Assembly (NCBI GenBank): GCA_021413965.1
Contig: JAIOPI010000003.1
Location: 22,515-86,514 of the forward strand
Source: Lentisphaerota bacterium
GTDB lineage: Bacteria > Verrucomicrobiota > Kiritimatiellia > UBA8416 > JAIOPI01
DNA length: 64,000 nucleotides
Direction of reading: 5' to 3'
Every line of letters begins with the position of its first letter. The stretch's first letter is position 1. The translations under genes were made by a program, and so were the position numbers. Positions 1 through 8,950 of the stretch are shown piece by piece. A model generated the notes under the pieces. It saw only the letters and a list, made by a program, of their open reading frames with translations, was not told the origin of the DNA and ran no database searches.

Positions 1-156
1 CGGGTAGAACGCGTTGTCCAGCGCGCGCTTGATCTCGCGGTAGCCTTCGATCAGGAACAGACCCAATTCATCGCGGTGGGAGCGCTGCCGCAGTTTGACT
101 ACCTGCTTGACGCGCGGATTGGTGAGGCTGGTGATTATCGGGGTGGGGGGCGTCAT
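1..156 (-). CDS. TrmH/SpoU-family RNA methyltransferase, N-terminal part (runs off window start)
   Basis: Manual translation from ATG at 156: MTPPTPIITSLTNPRVKQVVKLRQRSHRDELGLFLIEGYREIKRAL. The ITSxxNPRVK...FLIEG pattern is the typical SpoU substrate-binding N-terminus. Not in the ORF track because it is truncated. Confidence 0.8.
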   Translation of the reverse strand, partial: MTPPTPIITSLTNPRVKQVVKLRQRSHRDELGLFLIEGYREIKRALDNAFYP

Positions 157-340
157 GTTTTACCGGCCGGGACGGCCGGCTCCAGGGGGACAGGCATGCA
201 AGTCACTGGAGGCGGCGGTCCCCGCCGTTTTGGCGAGGTTCTTGTTGATGAGCATGAGGGACGGCATCGTTGATGGCTCAAGGCGCCAAATCTCACTTCG
301 CCTGGAAATGCCCCCCATCCGGTTTGCTTCCCGTCACAAC

Positions 341-952
341 TTAGCTTGCCAAAGACCTGCGCTTTAGAAGCAAGACGATGCCGGGGAGGGGCGGGAAGGC
401 AGAAGCGGTGGTCGACGTCGACGTGGTTGATGTGGTCGTCACCGAGGTCCCTGCTGTTGTACTAGTAGTGGTCGAGGTGCTCGTCACGGTGCCTTGATCA
501 CCCGTCGGCAGGTGTTCGATGATGGCTTCATCGGTGTCGATGAACCCCGAGCCGGTGGTGGTGGTGTTCGTGGTGCCATCGTTGTTGGTGTCGGTGGAGG
601 TGTGGGTGCCGCCGACGACGGAGGTGACGGTGAGGTGCTGGATGACGGCCGTTTTGTTGGTCCCGGGATTGAAGCGGCTGATGTAGGTGGTGGTGGGACC
701 GGTTTTGCGCGTGAGGACGCCGAGATTGTCATCGGAGAGCGACCATTCGTAGCTGAAGCCGCCGGTGGCCGTGAACTCGATGGACTGGTTGATGCTGATG
801 CCGATGGAGTGGGGCTCGACCCTGAGCTGACCGCCCTCGGCGGATTGGGTCTCGCAGCCGGTCTGCAGGGGGATGACGGCAACCAGCATGATCAGGGCGC
901 CGGTCCCTACGGCCAGCGCACCCGCCAACGACAATGTCCTGGAGCGCGTCAT
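341..952 (-). CDS. Exported or lipoprotein-like protein with an Ig-like segment and a Thr/Ser-rich tail
   Basis: Start reassigned to ATG 952 (MTRSRTLSLAGALAVG...). Hydrophobic N-terminus ending QTGC, a beta-rich FTATGGFSYEWSLSD segment, and long T/S runs. Confidence 0.6.
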   Translation of the reverse strand: MTRSRTLSLAGALAVGTGALIMLVAVIPLQTGCETQSAEGGQLRVEPHSIGISINQSIEFTATGGFSYEWSLSDDNLGVLTRKTGPTTTYISRFNPGTNKTAVIQHLTVTSVVGGTHTSTDTNNDGTTNTTTTGSGFIDTDEAIIEHLPTGDQGTVTSTSTTTSTTAGTSVTTTSTTSTSTTASAFPPLPGIVLLLKRRSLAS

Positions 953-958
953 TTGAGG

Positions 959-993
959 TTGGCAGCATAACGGACGGGCGGCTAGGATGTCAA
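959..993. promoter_or_regulatory. Overlapping divergent sigma70-like promoters
   Basis: + strand TTGGCA-18-TAGGAT (959-988). - strand TTGACA-18-TATGCT. Both lie in the 45-bp gap between divergent genes. Confidence 0.45.
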
Positions 994-997
994 AGCA

Positions 998-2017
998 ATG
1001 ACAACGGATACACGATCGTCTGCCCGCCATTCGCCAAGCCTGGCGCTGTCTTTCACGCTTACACTGGCCTTGCTGGCGGGGGGCGCGTCGTCGCTGGGTG
1101 CGGCGGAGCCCGTGCGGCCGGTCCTGCTGGACGGGGTGGCGGCGCACGTCAACCGGCACATCGTGACGGTGGGCGATGTGCTGCTGGTGATGGAGTCTGA
1201 CCACCGCGAGCTGGTCGCGCGCTACACGGGGACGGAGTTGCGGCGCCGCTTGCAGGCCAAGTACAAGGAGACGCTGAATTCCCTGGTGGAACGCTTTGTG
1301 GTGCTGGATGCGTACGAGAATGGCGAGGGGCGCATTCCGGACTGGGCGGTCGACAAGCGGGCGGACGAAGTGATTCGCGACCAGTTCGACGGCGACCGCG
1401 GGGCGCTGCTCGAGGCGCTGTCACACGAGAACATGACCTACGAGGACTGGCGCCAGCGGATCCGGCAGCAGATGATCGTGGCCTCGATGCGCAGCACGAG
1501 TGTTGAGCAGAACGTGAATGTGTCTCCCGACGACGTGTCGCGCTACTATGCAGCCCATCGCAACAAGTACGTGTCGGCGGAGCGGGTGCATCTGCGGGTG
1601 ATTGTGGTGGCGAAGGGCACGGGGGCGGGGCGTTCGGAGGCGGAGGCGGTCTGGGCGCGCGTCGCCGGGGGCGGGGAAGATTTCGGGGCCGTGGCCAAGG
1701 CGGTGTCTGTGGGCTCCAAGGCGGAGGAGGGCGGGGACTGGGGCTGGGTGGACCCGTCGATCCTGAAACCCGAGCTGGCGGCCGTTGCGCAGGCGATCAA
1801 GCCGGGCAGCGTCAGCGACGTCATCGCCAGCGACCAGGAATTCTACATTCTGAAGGTGGAAGATCGACGCGCCGCGGTGGAGCAGACGCTTGCCGAGGTT
1901 CAGACGAGCATCGAGAACGAGTTGAAGCTGGATCGGTCGCAGCAGATGTACCGGGCGTGGGTTGAGCGCCTGAAGCAGGACGCCTACGTGAAGGTGTTCG
2001 ACGTCAATCTCTTCTGA
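998..2017 (+). CDS. surA: SurA/PrsA-type parvulin peptidyl-prolyl isomerase chaperone
   Basis: Signal peptide, DGVAAHVN SurA N-domain, and rotamase motifs (FGAVAKAVS, GGDWGWV, GSVSDVI, FYILKV). Upstream of rsmA, as in the canonical surA-pdxA-rsmA context. Confidence 0.8.
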   Translation: MTTDTRSSARHSPSLALSFTLTLALLAGGASSLGAAEPVRPVLLDGVAAHVNRHIVTVGDVLLVMESDHRELVARYTGTELRRRLQAKYKETLNSLVERFVVLDAYENGEGRIPDWAVDKRADEVIRDQFDGDRGALLEALSHENMTYEDWRQRIRQQMIVASMRSTSVEQNVNVSPDDVSRYYAAHRNKYVSAERVHLRVIVVAKGTGAGRSEAEAVWARVAGGGEDFGAVAKAVSVGSKAEEGGDWGWVDPSILKPELAAVAQAIKPGSVSDVIASDQEFYILKVEDRRAAVEQTLAEVQTSIENELKLDRSQQMYRAWVERLKQDAYVKVFDVNLF

Positions 2018-2183
2018 TGTGCGATGGGTCCTGCGCGCTGCAGACAGGTTTGACAAGTCAGGCAGCCGCAGAGACAGAGCAGGACGCGTTGTCCTGCCGG
2101 GGCCGGTGAGAGGCCGGTTTGGAGTCCGTGTGACCACCCCAATTCACGGTTCGCCCTCCCAGCGGACGTGACGTTCCGAGAAC

Positions 2184-3068
2184 ATGCCAACCGAAACTCC
2201 AGACACATCGTCGTCGCCGGCCGCCGACGACGTGCTGCGTCCGTCGCAGGTTCAGCGGCTGCTGGCCGAGCTGGACTTCCGGCCTCACAAGTCGCTCGGC
2301 CAGAATTTTCTCGTCGATCGCAACATCCTGGACCACCTGATGGCATCGGCGGCGATCGAGCCGACGGACACGGTGCTGGAGATCGGCCCGGGACTGGGGG
2401 CGGTGACGCAGGCGTTGCTCGCGCGGGCGCGGCGCGTGCTGGCGGTGGAGAAGGATCCGCGGCTGTACGCCTTTCTTCGGCGGCGGTTCGGGGGCGCCGC
2501 CCATTTCCACCTGATCGAGGGCGACATGCTCGACGCCAGCGTGGACGCCCTGGCGTGGCCGGGCGAGGGGCTGGTGCGGATCGACCGCGTGGTCTCCAAT
2601 TTGCCGTACTCGGTGGGCAGCCGCATCCTGGTGGACCTGGTGCGGGCTGTGCATCGTCCGCGTGGGATCGTGGTGACGGTGCAGAAGGAAGTGGCCGAGC
2701 GGTTGGCGGGCGGGCCGGGGGGGGGGAGCTACGGGCTGCTGTCGATCTGGGTGCAGCGTGCCTACGAGGTGACGCTGGTGCGCACGATTGGCCCGCGGTG
2801 TTTCCTGCCGGAGCCGGAAGTGAAATCGGCGATCGTGCGCCTGCAGGCGCGCACCGGCGAGGCGGCGGAACCGTTGGCGTTTTACGCGCTGAGCCGGCAG
2901 GCCTTTGCGCAGCGTCGCAAGCAGATAGCCCGCACGCTGGCGACGGGAGGGCGGACGCCGGAGGCGGTGCGTGCGGCGCTGGCGCTGGTGGGGGCGACGC
3001 CGCTGGCGCGCCCGGAGGAACTGACGCCACCGCAATGGTCGGCACTGGTGAAGGCGCTCGAGCGCTGA
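2184..3068 (+). CDS. rsmA: 16S rRNA m6,2A dimethyltransferase RsmA/KsgA
   Basis: KSLGQNFLVD, VLEIGPGLG, VSNLPY, FLPEPEVKSA, FAQRRK motifs. Confidence 0.95.
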   Translation: MPTETPDTSSSPAADDVLRPSQVQRLLAELDFRPHKSLGQNFLVDRNILDHLMASAAIEPTDTVLEIGPGLGAVTQALLARARRVLAVEKDPRLYAFLRRRFGGAAHFHLIEGDMLDASVDALAWPGEGLVRIDRVVSNLPYSVGSRILVDLVRAVHRPRGIVVTVQKEVAERLAGGPGGGSYGLLSIWVQRAYEVTLVRTIGPRCFLPEPEVKSAIVRLQARTGEAAEPLAFYALSRQAFAQRRKQIARTLATGGRTPEAVRAALALVGATPLARPEELTPPQWSALVKALER

Positions 3069-3107
3069 ACGTTTACCGGTGCCGCGGGTGAAGCATGCCC
3101 GCTTCGA

Positions 3108-3136
3108 TTGACAGCCTTCGGGGCGGAGAGTAGATA
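3108..3136 (+). promoter_or_regulatory. sigma70-like promoter for mutS
   Basis: TTGACA-17 nt-TAGATA, 9 nt before the ATG at 3146. Confidence 0.55.
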
Positions 3137-3145
3137 AGCAAGGCC

Positions 3146-5656
3146 ATGACGGACGCTTCCACACCGATGATGCAGCAGTACCGCCGGATCAAGGCGGAGA
3201 TCCCGGACGACGTCATCCTGTTCTTTCGGATGGGCGATTTCTACGAGATGTTTTTCGAGGACGCGAAGGCGGCGGCGCCGCTTCTGGACGTGGCGCTGAC
3301 TCGGCGCCAGAACGTGCCGATGTGCGGGGTGCCGTACCATGCGGTGGACCTGTACCTGGCGAAGCTGATTCGCGCGGGCCGGCAGGTGGCGATCTGCGAC
3401 CAGATGGAAGACCCGGCGACGGCGCGCGGCATCGTGCGGCGCGAAATCACGCGCGTGGTGACGCCGGGGACGGTGCTGGAAGAGAACATCCTGGATGCGC
3501 GGCAGGCGAACTACCTGGCGGCCATGTACGTGGCGGAGGACCTGTTCGGCCTGGCCCTGATCGACTTGTCGACGGGCCAGTTCGTGGCCGAGGAGCTGGG
3601 AAGCGCGGACGGGCTGCGCGACAGCCTGCGGCGCGCGCTGCCGGCCGAGTGCCTGGTGCCTGAAGCGCAGCGCGACCATCCGGCGATCCGGGCGGCGGTG
3701 GCGGCCAGCCCGGGGCTGCACGTGGTTGGGGGGGAAGACTGGACTTTCGATTACGACGCGGCGCGGGACGCGCTCGTGCGGCACTTCCACGTGCATTCGC
3801 TGGAGGGCTTCGGGTGCGAGGGGCGGCGTGCGCTGGTGGGGGCGGCGGGGGCCGCGCTTTACCACGTGCGCGAGGCGCTGCGCCGGCACGTGGCGCACAT
3901 CCGCGGCCTGACGGTGCGGCAGGGCTCCGAGTTCCTGCTGCTCGACGAGGCCACCTGCGGCAACCTGGACCTGGTGCCCCTGCGCGGCAAGGAGAGTGCG
4001 CCGTCGCTGCTGGGCGTCCTGGATGTCACGCGCACGGCGATGGGCGGGCGGCGGCTGCGCGAGTGGGTCCTGCAGCCGCTGGCTGGGCTTGAACCGCTGC
4101 GCCTGCGGCATGACGCCGTGGAGGTGCTGACGACGCACCGGGCCGGGCTGACGGCGCTGCGCGAGGCGCTGGGCAACGTACGGGATCTTGAGCGGCTGAT
4201 GGCACGCATCAGCGCTGGCAGCGGGAATGCGCGCGATCTGCAGGCCGTGGGGCAGTCGCTCGCCAACCTGCCGGCGGTGCGCGACCTGGCGCTGGGGCTG
4301 GAGTCCGTCCGGTTGCGCGAGCTGGGGATGGCGATCACGCCGCTGCCCGAGGTGGTTGCGTTGATTGGGCAGGCGATCGCCGATGAGCCGCCGGTGTCGG
4401 TGCGTGACGGCGGCCTGATCCGGGAGGGGTACCGGCCGGAGCTGGATGACCTGCGGCAGGCGGCTTCGCAAGGGCGGCAGTGGCTGGCGGAGTACCAGAC
4501 GCGCGAGCAGGCGCGGACCGGGATCAAGACGCTGAAGGTGCGGCACAACAAGGTGTTTGGCTATTACATTGAAGTGTCGCGCGGGCAGCTGGCGAACGTG
4601 CCGGCGGACTATGCGCGCAAGCAGACGCTGGTGAACGCCGAGCGCTTCGTGACGCCGGAGCTGAAGGACTACGAGGGGCGCATCATGGGGGCGCAGGAGC
4701 GCTCCATGGCGCTGGAGTACGACTTATTCCTGGAGGTGCGGGAGGCGGTCGTGCGCGAGGCGGCCCGGGTTCAGGCCTCCGCACAGGCGGTGGCCGAGCT
4801 GGACGCGATCGGCGCGCTGGCGGACCGGGCGCTGGCGTTCGGCTATGTGCGCCCCGCCATGACGATGGCGGACACGCTACAGATTCGCGGGGGCCGGCAC
4901 CCGGTGGTGGAGCAGATGCCGGATGCGGAGCGCTTCGTGCCGAACGATACGTTGCTGGACTGCCGCGAGAACCAGCTGATGATCATCACGGGTCCGAACA
5001 TGGCGGGTAAGTCCACGTACATCCGCCAGGTGGCGCTGCTGTCCGTCATGGCGCAGTTGGGGTCGTTCGTGCCTGCCGAGTCGGCGACGCTGGCCCTGGT
5101 GGACCGGGTGTTCACGCGGGTGGGGGCGAGCGATGACCTGGCGCGAGGGCGCAGTACGTTCCTGGTGGAAATGCAGGAGACGGCCAACATCCTGCACAAT
5201 GCCACGGGTCGGAGCCTGATTGTGCTGGACGAGATCGGGCGCGGGACGAGCACGTTTGACGGCATCAGCATTGCGTGGGCGGTGGCGGAGTTCCTGCACA
5301 ACGAGTCGCGGGTGAAGGCGAAGACGCTGTTCGCGACGCACTACCATGAGCTGACGGACCTGTCGCGCACGCTGCCGGGCGTGAAGAACTACAACATCCT
5401 GGTGCGGGAGAAGGACGACCACATCGTCTTCCTGCGCAAGATTGTGCGCGGCGGGGCGGATAAGAGCTACGGCATCCAGGTGGCACGCCTGGCGGGCATG
5501 CCGGACGCGGTCATCGCGCGCGCCAAGGAGATCCTGGCCAACCTGGAAGAGGGCGAGTTGGGTGAACAAGGGCAGCCGAAGCTGGCGCGTCGCCGGGCGC
5601 GCCCGGCCGCTCCGGCGAACCAGATGGACCTGTTTGGAACGCCGGCCGGCGGGTGA
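3146..5656 (+). CDS. mutS: DNA mismatch repair protein MutS
   Basis: TPMMQQY, FRMGDFYEMF, Walker A GPNMAGKS, DEIGRGTSTFDG, ATHYHEL, SYGIQVARLAG. C-terminal QMDLF beta-clamp-binding motif. Confidence 0.98.
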   Translation: MTDASTPMMQQYRRIKAEIPDDVILFFRMGDFYEMFFEDAKAAAPLLDVALTRRQNVPMCGVPYHAVDLYLAKLIRAGRQVAICDQMEDPATARGIVRREITRVVTPGTVLEENILDARQANYLAAMYVAEDLFGLALIDLSTGQFVAEELGSADGLRDSLRRALPAECLVPEAQRDHPAIRAAVAASPGLHVVGGEDWTFDYDAARDALVRHFHVHSLEGFGCEGRRALVGAAGAALYHVREALRRHVAHIRGLTVRQGSEFLLLDEATCGNLDLVPLRGKESAPSLLGVLDVTRTAMGGRRLREWVLQPLAGLEPLRLRHDAVEVLTTHRAGLTALREALGNVRDLERLMARISAGSGNARDLQAVGQSLANLPAVRDLALGLESVRLRELGMAITPLPEVVALIGQAIADEPPVSVRDGGLIREGYRPELDDLRQAASQGRQWLAEYQTREQARTGIKTLKVRHNKVFGYYIEVSRGQLANVPADYARKQTLVNAERFVTPELKDYEGRIMGAQERSMALEYDLFLEVREAVVREAARVQASAQAVAELDAIGALADRALAFGYVRPAMTMADTLQIRGGRHPVVEQMPDAERFVPNDTLLDCRENQLMIITGPNMAGKSTYIRQVALLSVMAQLGSFVPAESATLALVDRVFTRVGASDDLARGRSTFLVEMQETANILHNATGRSLIVLDEIGRGTSTFDGISIAWAVAEFLHNESRVKAKTLFATHYHELTDLSRTLPGVKNYNILVREKDDHIVFLRKIVRGGADKSYGIQVARLAGMPDAVIARAKEILANLEEGELGEQGQPKLARRRARPAAPANQMDLFGTPAGG

Positions 5657-5735
5657 AGGCGGGGCTCTGTGACGAGCGGTGCGTGAAACGGCCAGGCCCG
5701 CGGCTGCTACGTGAGCAGGCATTTCGGAAGGACGC

Positions 5736-6377
5736 ATGACCCGTCAGTTGTTTCAATCAATCTTCACGGTGCGCGGGGTGGTGGCGTATGGCGCGGCGTT
5801 GCTGGCGGCCGTGGTGCTGACCGAGGTGGTCTGGGGATTTGCCGGCGGCGTGGTGGCGGGGTACACGATTGCCCGAAGTCCCGGGTATCAGCAGCAGGTG
5901 CAGGAATTCCTCAAGACCAGGGGCATCGATACGAAGGCGGATGCGGCGGTTGTGCAGGCGGCGTGCGCGGGGTTCTCGGCCGAGGACCGTGCCGAGTTGA
6001 ACCGGATGTCGGAGGGCGTCCTGCGGGAGGCGAACTGGTTTCTGGTGACGCTGGCGGTCAGCATATTGGTTTTCGGGCTGGTGGGTTTTTCGGGCGGATG
6101 GCTGGCGCGTGACTGGCGGCTGGCGGCACTGGTGCCGGCGTTGACCTTTGCCCTCAACAACCCGCTGGTGCGTTTTCCGCTGGCACGCGAGCTGGCGATT
6201 TCCCGGCAAGTCGTGATCGGTCTGGTGCAAGTTGGCGTGTGCGTGGTGCTGGCCGCCCTGGGGAGCAGGGTCGCGGCCAGGCGTCAGGCGGCGCTTGCGC
6301 CGTCGTTGAGGGTACGCACCGACAGCCGCCCGGACAGTTCCGGCGGGATGGCGCCGGGCGAAACGGGGCCAGCCTGA
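5736..6377 (+). CDS. Hypothetical membrane protein (about 4 TM segments)
   Basis: Several hydrophobic stretches; AAGGA SD-like sequence upstream. Confidence 0.65.
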   Translation: MTRQLFQSIFTVRGVVAYGAALLAAVVLTEVVWGFAGGVVAGYTIARSPGYQQQVQEFLKTRGIDTKADAAVVQAACAGFSAEDRAELNRMSEGVLREANWFLVTLAVSILVFGLVGFSGGWLARDWRLAALVPALTFALNNPLVRFPLARELAISRQVVIGLVQVGVCVVLAALGSRVAARRQAALAPSLRVRTDSRPDSSGGMAPGETGPA

Positions 6378-7489
6378 GGGTGCCGGTAGAGCACAAGCCC
6401 GGCCAGGCCGTCGATGCTGTTCCGTTCAAGCGCGCCCCGCAGTTCCTCGTCCGTCTGCGGCGCCATGTCCAGCTGGAACACGGCGCTGTAGAGTCCGGTT
6501 CCCTGGGTGAAGACAAAGGGATGCTCCTGCAAGATGCGCGCGACAGCCGGTGATGGGTGCAGGATGCGCAGGGCGAATCGATTGGGGTCGGCGCCGATGA
6601 TGCGCTGGCCCCACTTGCGCTTGTAGCGCAGGATCCCGTCGTTCAGGAAGGCCCGCGAGAGGCCCAGGCCCGCGCGCGTATACCCTTTGGCCGCCAGATA
6701 TTCGAAGGCGAAGTGGTAGAGCGCACCACTGGCACCGTCGGTCAGGAACGCGTCACCATCGGCAGGTCGGATCCCCAGCGACCAAAGGCGCGGCCCATCC
6801 GGGTCATAGACGATCAGGCACCCGGCAATGTCGGCCTCTCCCTTGCGTACCATGAGCAGGTCCCCATCCTTGAGGTGCTGCGCCATATAGGCTTGTGGCA
6901 CGAGGTAGGTGCTGGCGCCGTGGATGGCGGACACGTGGGGCACGTACATGTTGGCGTAGAAGTCCGCGAAGCGCTGAGGATCGCGGGTGACGTCGTAGGT
7001 GAGGCCGTTCTTGCGAATGCGGCGCAAGTCGGATTTGACGCTGCTGCTTTGCAGGACCCACGAGGGCAGGGGGAGATTGACGGCACCGCGGATCCAGGTG
7101 GGAATGCAGAACCAGCGCCGGGGGTGGAGATAGTGGCACAAGGCATCGCTGAGTTCCGCGACCATGAGCGGGCAGTCCTGGCCGGAGCGGCGGGCCAGGC
7201 GGCGGGCATTCCACCACGAGGTGCGGCCAAGCGGCCGTTCCGTGCAGGCCCCGTCGAAGTACAGGTCCTTCAAGTAGGCGAGTCCCCGGGGCCTGGCGGC
7301 GCACAGGATGGAGAGGGGGAGGTGGCCGGGTTCGAGCGTGCCCGTGAGGACGACGAACGACATGCGCGCGAGGTGACGCCACCGGAGCAGGGCCTTCAGC
7401 GGACGAAGCGCACGTTGAGCCAGGGGCGGGGCGTCACGATAGAGGCGATGGGAGAAGTCGATGGTCTCGCCGTCATCACTGCGCATCAT
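6284..7489 (-). CDS. GNAT/FemAB-like fold hypothetical protein (Acetyltransf_6-like)
   Basis: KSDLRRIRKNGL, FADFYANMY, GASGALYHFAFEY, GLGLSRAFLNDGILRYKRKWG resemble the FemAB/BioF2-like GNAT C-terminal signature (GLxxYKxKWG). Confidence 0.6.
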   Translation of the reverse strand: MMRSDDGETIDFSHRLYRDAPPLAQRALRPLKALLRWRHLARMSFVVLTGTLEPGHLPLSILCAARPRGLAYLKDLYFDGACTERPLGRTSWWNARRLARRSGQDCPLMVAELSDALCHYLHPRRWFCIPTWIRGAVNLPLPSWVLQSSSVKSDLRRIRKNGLTYDVTRDPQRFADFYANMYVPHVSAIHGASTYLVPQAYMAQHLKDGDLLMVRKGEADIAGCLIVYDPDGPRLWSLGIRPADGDAFLTDGASGALYHFAFEYLAAKGYTRAGLGLSRAFLNDGILRYKRKWGQRIIGADPNRFALRILHPSPAVARILQEHPFVFTQGTGLYSAVFQLDMAPQTDEELRGALERNSIDGLAGLVLYRHPQAGPVSPGAIPPELSGRLSVRTLNDGASAA

Positions 7490-8261
7490 AGAGCGCTCGG
7501 TCGTCCGGGACGGGCAAGAGTGCCGTCATCGTGGTTCCGTGTCCGGGTTGGGAGTGAACGCTGATGGTGCCGTTGTGGAGGCGGATAATGCCAAGGGCTT
7601 CGGGCAACCCCATGCCCCGCCCGCGAATCTTGGTCGAGAAGAAGGGATCGAAACAGTGGTCTAGGACCTTGGGTGTCATGCCCTGTCCGGCATCGCGCAC
7701 GGTGAGCGCGAGCCAGGGGCCGGTGCCGGCGGGGGGCAGGAAGGTGCGGGTGGCATCGGTGATCTGGCCGGGCCCGATGGAGACCTGGATGCGGCCCTGG
7801 AGGTCGAGCATGGCTTCGGCGGCATTGGTGACGAGATTGACGAGCAGTCGCCGCAGGAGGGCAGGGTCCGCGAAGAGGGTGGGGCAGTGGGGGCAGACGC
7901 CCGATTCCAGTTGGACACCGCGCGGCAGGGCGGTGGTGGTGGCGGCGGCGACTTCGGCGAGCAGTTCGGCGGGATCGAGTTCGGAGGGGGTGAACTCGAT
8001 GCGCGCGGAGTAGGTGGCCAGCTGGTCCGTGAGATGGAGGGCCAGTGCGGCGGCCGATTCAATGCGTTGGGCGCAATCGCGGGCGCGTGGCTCATTGGCG
8101 ATGGATCGCATCATCACGGTGTTGTTGCCCATGATCGCGGCGATGTAGTTATTGAAGTCGTGGGCGATGCCGGTGGCCATGGTGATCATGGCTTCGTGCC
8201 GCCGTTGCTGTTCTTGCTGTTGTTGGAACGAAAGCGGGGCGGGGGCGGGAGACGTCTTCAT
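7476..8261 (-). CDS. Histidine kinase (HisKA + HATPase_c) with no sensor domain
   Basis: GIAHDFNN H-box, NLVTNAAEAM N-box, DAGQGM, FDPFFSTK, GRGMGL. Start ATG 8261 overlaps the upstream stop codon (ATGA). Confidence 0.85.
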   Translation of the reverse strand: MKTSPAPAPLSFQQQQEQQRRHEAMITMATGIAHDFNNYIAAIMGNNTVMMRSIANEPRARDCAQRIESAAALALHLTDQLATYSARIEFTPSELDPAELLAEVAAATTTALPRGVQLESGVCPHCPTLFADPALLRRLLVNLVTNAAEAMLDLQGRIQVSIGPGQITDATRTFLPPAGTGPWLALTVRDAGQGMTPKVLDHCFDPFFSTKIRGRGMGLPEALGIIRLHNGTISVHSQPGHGTTMTALLPVPDDRALYDAQ

Positions 8262-8893
8262 TCGGCAGAATTCCGTTGGTCGTGCAGGGCGGCCGCCCGG
8301 CGGAGGAAGGGCCAGTAGTGCCGCGTGTACGTGTAGATCGAAATCGCGTTGACGAGGAAAGCCACGGCTTCGGCGGCATAGATGAGGGGCAGCGGAATGA
8401 GGCGCAGGGGGCTTTCCTCGTGGATGTAGATGGCCGCAATCAGCGGGAAATTGATGGCCGTGCGGACCTTGCCGGCCCAGTGGGCCTTGCCGCTGGCCTG
8501 GTAGATGGACCCGATCGAGCGCAGGAAGGTGACCCATTGATCGCGCGTCAGGAAAGCGAGGGTCAGGATCAGGAGGATGACGGCGTGGAGGTTGTGGTTG
8601 TTGGCGCGCGTGATGTAGACCAGGAGCGGGAGGGTCGAGAGGAAGAAGAACTTGTCCATCAGGGGGTCGGCATGCGCGCCGAACGGGGTTTCGACCTGGT
8701 AGCGCCGGGCGAGCCAGCCGTCGAAGAGGTCCGTGACGGCGGAGAGGATGAGGGCGGCCAGCGATCCCCAGAAGAGGGCCGCGCTGGGGTGCATGGTGTT
8801 GTAGAGCGCACCGGCAAAAAACAGCAGGATGAGCGGGAAGCGCGCCACCGTCAGCAGGGTGACGAGTGCGAGCTCCCGTGATTTATCCGCCAT
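8258..8893 (-). CDS. CDP-alcohol phosphatidyltransferase (PgsA-like)
   Basis: TDLFDGWLARR...FGAHADPLMDK matches the DxxDGxxAR...GxxxDxxxD signature; multiple TM segments. Confidence 0.9.
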   Translation of the reverse strand: MADKSRELALVTLLTVARFPLILLFFAGALYNTMHPSAALFWGSLAALILSAVTDLFDGWLARRYQVETPFGAHADPLMDKFFFLSTLPLLVYITRANNHNLHAVILLILTLAFLTRDQWVTFLRSIGSIYQASGKAHWAGKVRTAINFPLIAAIYIHEESPLRLIPLPLIYAAEAVAFLVNAISIYTYTRHYWPFLRRAAALHDQRNSAE

Positions 8894-8950
8894 GATGATC
8901 CCTCAACCATCCGGGCGGGGGCCCGGAGCGGCCCCGTTCCGCGCGCGTTC

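Noticed and set aside
2018..2183. Remnant of pdxA between surA and rsmA
   Set aside because: The gap is only 166 bp with no recognisable PdxA sequence; simple absence of pdxA here is unremarkable.
7476..8537. Longer 353-aa version of the histidine kinase, and 415-aa tsf / 344-aa response regulator versions from the ORF track
   Set aside because: The extensions overlap upstream genes in another frame; the downstream starts have coupling or SD support and match family N-termini.
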